From positions 771-64,770 of the forward strand of contig CAZLJD010000025.1 of NCBI GenBank assembly GCA_964559865.1: DNA of 64,000 nucleotides, read 5' to 3'. This document shows, piece after piece, positions 59,267-64,000 of this stretch. How positions within the stretch are numbered: the stretch's first letter is position 1; each line of letters starts with the position of its first letter. Below the pieces are notes generated by a model. It was not told the DNA's origin, did no database searches, and saw only the letters and a list, made by a program, of their open reading frames with translations. Made by a program: the position numbers and the translations under genes. The stretch is from an uncultured Synergistota bacterium (GTDB taxonomy: Bacteria > Synergistota > JAGHAJ01).

Positions 59267-60135
59267 GGCTTGGTATTGTGTCTACTGGTGCGGGATGGCA
59301 AGTGGAAGAGTTGAAAAGAGCTGCTGAGGATAGAGGATGGGATGTAGTTATGCTATCTCCCACAAGGTTTTCTGTTACCCTTCCTGAGATCGATCTAAGT
59401 ATTCAGGGGAGAACTGTTACTGATTGTGATGCAGTTCTTGTCCGTAGTGTGCCACTTGGCTCTTTGGAGCAGGTGGTGTTTAGGTTGGATGTGCTGTACG
59501 CATTAGAGAGTAGTGGCATTCCAGTTGTAAATAGGCCATTTACGATAGAAAGAACAGTGGACAAGTTTTACACCTCTGTGGTGCTTTCGGGTATCGGTTT
59601 GCCTACGCCGAAGACAGTGGTTGTTGAGAGACTTTCTGATGCGATGGAATACTTTGACCAGCTTGGTGGTGATGTGGTCGTCAAACCTGTTTTTGGTTCG
59701 AATGGGGTGGGGATAGTTAGAATAAGGGATAAAGATGAGGCCTACAGAGTGTTTAAGGGGTTTCAGCTTTTAAGGTATGTCTTCTACATGCAAGAGTTTG
59801 TGCCGCACGGAGATTATGATGTTAGGGTTTTTTGGGCAAATGGAGATGTGGTTTCTGCGATGAAACGCCTTTCAGGAGGGTGGAAGAATAACATACATCA
59901 AGGTGGCAAGCCCGAATACTATAGAGTGGATGACGAACTAAGAGCGGTGTGCGGCAAGATTGCAGAGGTATTCAAAGCAGATTACCTCGGTATAGACTTA
60001 TTATTTTCGGAAGATGGCAGGATGTATGTCATAGAGGTAAATGGTATCCCCGGATGGAGGGGCTTGCAGAGTATTACGGATGTGAATATAGCAGGTGAAA
60101 TATTGAGATGCATAGAGAAAAGAAAGCTTTTATAG
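59263..60135 (+). CDS. RimK-family ATP-grasp glutamate ligase (Orf5/MptN-like)
   Basis: VDKFYTS, KPVFGSNG, QEF, DVRV, EVNGIPGW. Confidence 0.88.
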   Translation: MRLGIVSTGAGWQVEELKRAAEDRGWDVVMLSPTRFSVTLPEIDLSIQGRTVTDCDAVLVRSVPLGSLEQVVFRLDVLYALESSGIPVVNRPFTIERTVDKFYTSVVLSGIGLPTPKTVVVERLSDAMEYFDQLGGDVVVKPVFGSNGVGIVRIRDKDEAYRVFKGFQLLRYVFYMQEFVPHGDYDVRVFWANGDVVSAMKRLSGGWKNNIHQGGKPEYYRVDDELRAVCGKIAEVFKADYLGIDLLFSEDGRMYVIEVNGIPGWRGLQSITDVNIAGEILRCIEKRKLL

Positions 60136-60965
60136 TGAAGTGTGCTCAGCTTGCGTGTTTGTACGAGGCAAGCTCTCCTAAACCGGGTAATGTGTATCCT
60201 TTTAAAGGTTTCCCTGAAATGAGCTTCGTGGATTTCGTTCTTGCTTCGGTGAACACTGGGATCACATTGTACGATGTGGATAAATTTGGTGTTGGAAAGC
60301 TCATATATAGATCATTAGAGAAAACATATCAGAATCTCAGTGTGAATGTTAATCTTGGTGTGGTTTTACTGATAGTTCCTTTGGCAAGGGCGTTTTGGAT
60401 AAAAGCTGATGAGGAGCCTTTGAGAGATGCTCTTTGTGAGGTTTTAAGCTCTTTGACCGTTGAGGATGCGGAGTGGGTGTATAGGGGCATAAGAATGGTT
60501 TCGCCTGGGGGTATAGGTGAATCTAAGAAAGCAGACGTTAGGAGCACTCCAGATATTACACTCAAGGAGGCTATGAAGATTGCGGAAAGCAGGGATTCGA
60601 TTGCGTATGAGTATGCTAATTGCTATAAGATGACATTTGGTTTTTTGTATCCCCGTTTGCTCAATAATAGACAGGATTTAGGCCTTCAGGATGCAGTAGT
60701 GCACACATTTTTAGAGTTGCTTTCAGAAGTGCCAGATTCGCTTATTGTGCGTAAATATGGTATGGATGTGGCGATGGATGTGGTTAATAGAGCTCGATCT
60801 ACTCTGGCTGCTGGTGGAATGCGGAGTGCCGAAGGTAGGAAAGCTGTCTTAGACTTGGATGATTACCTTCGTAGTGGTAGGAGAAAACTGAATCCGGGGA
60901 CATCTGCTGATCTTATAGCTTCGGCTTTAATGGTCTACTTTTTGGAAGGGAATTCTGTTACATAG
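60108..60965 (+). CDS. CitG-like triphosphoribosyl transferase (Orf7-like)
   Basis: EASSPKPGNV, NLGVVLL, DSLIVRKYG, NPGTSADL. Confidence 0.88.
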   Translation: MHREKKAFIVKCAQLACLYEASSPKPGNVYPFKGFPEMSFVDFVLASVNTGITLYDVDKFGVGKLIYRSLEKTYQNLSVNVNLGVVLLIVPLARAFWIKADEEPLRDALCEVLSSLTVEDAEWVYRGIRMVSPGGIGESKKADVRSTPDITLKEAMKIAESRDSIAYEYANCYKMTFGFLYPRLLNNRQDLGLQDAVVHTFLELLSEVPDSLIVRKYGMDVAMDVVNRARSTLAAGGMRSAEGRKAVLDLDDYLRSGRRKLNPGTSADLIASALMVYFLEGNSVT

Positions 60966-60980
60966 GGAGGGGGTGGTTGT

Positions 60981-62153
60981 TTGAAAGTGGCCTATTTGGA
61001 CTGTTCCTCAGGTGTTAGTGGAGATATGCTTTTGGGTGCCATAGTTGACGGTGGGGTGAGCATTGAGGTGTTGTTTGAGAAGCTTAAAACGCTTGGCATA
61101 GAATTTGAAATGAAGAGCAGGATTGTGTATAAGAATCATGTTAGGGCAACCAAAGTAGATGTTTCTTGGGATGAGGGACACCATCATCACAGACACTTTG
61201 GTGATATCAAGCGGATTATAGCTGATTCTTCGATTCCGAATAGTGTTAAGGAGAAATCCATTGAGATTTTTCGCACTATAGCAGAAGCAGAGGCAAAAGT
61301 TCATGGATGTTCCGTGGAAGAAGTGCACTTTCACGAGGTAGGTGCAGTAGATTCCATTGTAGATGTTGTGGGTTCTGTCTTGGGATTTGAGCTCCTTGGG
61401 GTAGAGGCGTTGTATGTGTCTGCTCTGAATGTGGGTAGTGGGAGGGTGAAGTGTGCGCATGGGGTGATGCCTGTGCCTGCACCTGCTACAAGTGAGATAC
61501 TTCAGGGATTGCCGATATATTCTGATGGCCAAGGTGAACTTGTTACTCCTACTGGTGCTGCCATTGTGAAGGTGCTGTCGAGCAAGTTTGGTAGCATACC
61601 TAATATAAAGCTTGAGAAGGTTTCTCTTGGAGCTGGCGGTAGGGATATACCTGAGTTTCCTAATGTTTTGCGGATGTTTTTGGGGGAATTGGATGCGGCT
61701 GAAGGTTACGATACGGATGAAGTAGTGATCCTTGAGACCGATGTAGATGATCTTACGCCGGAGATGGTGGGTAATCTCTATGACACGCTTCTTGATGCCG
61801 GGGCACTTGATGTAGTAGTTGTTCCGGTCTTTATGAAGAAGAACAGGACTGGTTTCAGGATTTCGGTTACGGTGGGAAATGATGCTGTGATGGAGATCCT
61901 TGGCAAACTCTTTGCTGAGACTACAACCTTTGGTGTGAGGGTTAGTAGAGTTAGAAGGTACAAACTTTTTAGAGAGGAAAGGATTGTGGAGACAAGCTGG
62001 GGTAGTGTGAAGGTGAAAGTTGGTAGTGTAGGTGATAAGGCCGTTACTGTGTCTCCTGAGTATGAATCTTGCAGAGAGGTTGCCTTGAAGAAAGGTGTGC
62101 CACTTAAGGATGTTTATAGGGAAGTTATAGGCAAGGTAGGAGAAAATATTTAG
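60981..62153 (+). CDS. larC: Nickel-pincer cofactor nickel insertase LarC (full length)
   Basis: DCSSGVSGDMLLGA, HHHHRH, HFHEVGAVDSIVD, PVPAPAT, TPTGAA, MKKNR, PEYE. Confidence 0.95.
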   Translation: MKVAYLDCSSGVSGDMLLGAIVDGGVSIEVLFEKLKTLGIEFEMKSRIVYKNHVRATKVDVSWDEGHHHHRHFGDIKRIIADSSIPNSVKEKSIEIFRTIAEAEAKVHGCSVEEVHFHEVGAVDSIVDVVGSVLGFELLGVEALYVSALNVGSGRVKCAHGVMPVPAPATSEILQGLPIYSDGQGELVTPTGAAIVKVLSSKFGSIPNIKLEKVSLGAGGRDIPEFPNVLRMFLGELDAAEGYDTDEVVILETDVDDLTPEMVGNLYDTLLDAGALDVVVVPVFMKKNRTGFRISVTVGNDAVMEILGKLFAETTTFGVRVSRVRRYKLFREERIVETSWGSVKVKVGSVGDKAVTVSPEYESCREVALKKGVPLKDVYREVIGKVGENI

Positions 62154-62172
62154 TATTAGGGGGGGATGTGTA

Positions 62173-63066
62173 ATGCCTAAGAAGGTTGTTTTTTTCTTGA
62201 GTAGTGACAAGTATGCAAGCCCATTTGATGTGCTTGTGCTTTACGATGGTGGGGCAGATGCGGTGGTTACATATGGGGATGTGTCTGTAGATGATGTGAG
62301 GAGCCTCGTGATGGATGCCATGTTCCCGCGGGGTCCCAAGGGGATAGGGGATACTACACTGTTTATAGGTGGCAAGGATGTAGCTAAGTGTGAGGAGATG
62401 CTGAAGGTGGCTAAAAAGACTATGTTTCCTCCGTTTGAGATTTCGGTTATCTTTGACCCGGCTGGTTCCTGCACGACTTCTGCTGCACTGGTTGCCAAAG
62501 TTGCTTACACGGTCAAAGAGAGGCTTGGGGGTACTCTTTCCGGTAGGAAAATTACGGTGTTGGCGGGTGCTGGGAATGTGGGTTCTCGTGCTGCTCATCT
62601 GTTTGCTAAGGAGGGAGCAGATGTTGTTATAGCAGATCTGGCTAATGATGTGGCCAAAAAAGTAGCAAGTGAGGTAAACGAGAAGGTGGGTTTGGGGAAG
62701 GTGAGCGTCTTCGAACTCGAAAGGTCTGATGATTCAGTTTATGAAGCGTGTAAAAATTCTGAGATTGTAGTATCCACTGCTCCTCCGGGTGTGAGAACGC
62801 TTTCTAAAGATGTCCTTGGTAAGCTTTCTGGTTGCAAGTTAGTGGCAGATATAAATGCTGTTCCACCAGAGGGTATAGAGGGGATGAAAGCAACTGCAGA
62901 TGGAGATGAGATAGCGAGCGGTGTCTTTTCTGTTGGGCCGCTGAGTATAGGTGTGGTGAAGTTGCAGGTTGAGTTGAAGTTGGTGGAGGAGGCAGTTTCT
63001 TCTCAGAAGGGTATATTTGGATATGAAGAGGCATATGAGCTTGCTAAAAAGGTGGTAGGTATCTGA
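62173..63066 (+). CDS. mtd: NAD(P)-dependent methylene-H4MPT dehydrogenase (MtdA/B/C family)
   Basis: SPFDV..YDGGAD, MFPRGP, IFDPAGSCTTSAA, DINAVPP.GIEG. Confidence 0.9.
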   Translation: MPKKVVFFLSSDKYASPFDVLVLYDGGADAVVTYGDVSVDDVRSLVMDAMFPRGPKGIGDTTLFIGGKDVAKCEEMLKVAKKTMFPPFEISVIFDPAGSCTTSAALVAKVAYTVKERLGGTLSGRKITVLAGAGNVGSRAAHLFAKEGADVVIADLANDVAKKVASEVNEKVGLGKVSVFELERSDDSVYEACKNSEIVVSTAPPGVRTLSKDVLGKLSGCKLVADINAVPPEGIEGMKATADGDEIASGVFSVGPLSIGVVKLQVELKLVEEAVSSQKGIFGYEEAYELAKKVVGI

Positions 63067-63966
63067 GTGGTGTTAGAAGATAAGTTTTCCGGGGCTCTCC
63101 TGGGATTTTCTGTTGGTGATGTTGTGGGGAGCCCCTACGAAGGTTTGAGTGCTTTTGATATTAAGGATAAGTGGAAGATAGGAGAAGGGAGTATAACGGA
63201 TGATACGGAGCTTATGCTTTCTACATCTGAAAGTTTAATAGAGTGTGGTTGTATAGACCCTGTTGATATGGCTAGGAGGCTTGTAGATTCCTTTGATGAA
63301 GGTAAGTTAAAAAGGATAGGCAGTAGAGTTAAGCACGCTATAGAGAACCTTAAAAGAGGGGTTTTACCTGCTAAAAGTGGAGCAAAGGGCCAGTGGGCAT
63401 CAGGGAGTGGTGGCATACTGAGATCGGTAGCGGTTGCGCTTTTTATGTTTGGATGTGATGAGAAAAAGGTGAAGAGTGGGATAAGATATACTGTTATGAT
63501 TACGCACAACAACGAAGATGCCATAGAAGGAGCATATGTCTTTTCTAAGATATTGCATCTCTTATTGAGAGGCGAGGATGTTCGCAGAGGCATCGAAAGA
63601 GTAGTTGAGGGAATACGGAGTGTTAGGCTAAAAGAGGAGATAAAGAGGCGGTTGGCTTTGTTGGAGACAGCATCGGAGCTTGTGGATGTTTTGCCGGGGA
63701 TTGGTGTAAAATCTGATGTTTATAGTGTTCTTGGAAATGCTATCTGCTGTTTTTTGAGACACTATACCTCTTTTGAAGATAGTATAAGGTGTTCTATTCT
63801 AATAGGTGGGGATACAGATACCACGGCAGCAGTTGTGGGAGCATTTTGGGGTGCTCTGAATGGTGCATCTAAAATTCCCCTTGAGTACAAGGTCGTTTTG
63901 GGAGATTTGGAAGAGCGCATTATCCAGATTGCCACTTCGCTTTATAAAAGGAGAATGTGTAGGTAA
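63067..63966 (+). CDS. ADP-ribosylglycohydrolase (ARH/DraG) family protein
   Basis: GDVVG.P.E, TDDT, GGDTDT.AAVVGA. Confidence 0.9.
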   Translation: MVLEDKFSGALLGFSVGDVVGSPYEGLSAFDIKDKWKIGEGSITDDTELMLSTSESLIECGCIDPVDMARRLVDSFDEGKLKRIGSRVKHAIENLKRGVLPAKSGAKGQWASGSGGILRSVAVALFMFGCDEKKVKSGIRYTVMITHNNEDAIEGAYVFSKILHLLLRGEDVRRGIERVVEGIRSVRLKEEIKRRLALLETASELVDVLPGIGVKSDVYSVLGNAICCFLRHYTSFEDSIRCSILIGGDTDTTAAVVGAFWGALNGASKIPLEYKVVLGDLEERIIQIATSLYKRRMCR

Positions 63967-64000
63967 TGAACAAGAGAGTAGTTTTGCTTACTGGTAGGTT
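63966..64000 (+). CDS. Partial gene, probably a dihydropteroate-synthase-like (DUF6513/Orf20) methanopterin protein
   Basis: Only MNKRVVLLTGR is visible; it resembles the 'LxVTGRLA' N-terminus. Start is coupled to the upstream stop. Confidence 0.4.
   Translation, partial: MNKRVVLLTGR

Noticed and set aside
60981-62153. Programmed frameshift as in Lactobacillus larC1/larC2
   Set aside because: larC is one uninterrupted 390-aa frame here.
61008-62210. 400-aa antisense ORF spanning larC
   Set aside because: It lies wholly opposite a well-supported gene, has a His/Thr/Asn-rich composition typical of shadow frames in this codon bias, and shows no motifs.

Overview
Bacterial chromosomal window, roughly 40% GC by eye, gene-dense and mostly + strand. 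The gene content suggests a motile, thermophilic anaerobe; a Synergistota-like lineage is a guess only. 1-15.3 kb: flagellar export and chemotaxis operon (flhB end, flhA, flhF, flhG, PilZ protein, cheB, cheA, cheC, cheD, fliA, fapA, several hypotheticals). 15.3-20.7 kb: envelope genes (TPR/NHL protein, Gfo/Idh/MocA oxidoreductase, galE, wzz). 20.8-25.3 kb: thiamine salvage operon under a TPP riboswitch. 25.3-44.3 kb: lepA, a Moco-riboswitch-controlled Mo/W ABC transporter, SufT and NifX-like genes, tRNA-Ile2(CAT), nif3/zinc-ribbon/rnhA, ferredoxin-feoA-feoB, an ankyrin protein, an aminotransferase plus EutB-like dehydratase, an AfuABC/FbpABC-type transporter, MscS and an orphan metal-binding protein. 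44.4-64 kb is the stand-out region. It is one co-oriented locus, running off the window edge, that interleaves an archaeal-type methanopterin/methanofuran C1 pathway (mptG, fwdD-B-A, ftr, fwdC, mch, mtd, cofactor tailoring enzymes) with nickel-pincer cofactor genes (larB, larC, an extra stand-alone LarC C-terminal domain), a Na+/solute symporter and a CdaR-type regulator. It is headed by an unrecognised 593-aa protein with four regularly spaced Gly-His motifs. No LarA racemase and no Fae are in the window, so this protein is a candidate new (nickel-cofactor?) enzyme feeding C1 units into H4MPT; that role is inference. No CRISPR array, transposase or integrase was seen. Several genes missing from the ORF track were decoded by hand: flhB end, ferredoxin, feoA (ATT start), two small membrane ORFs and a partial last gene.
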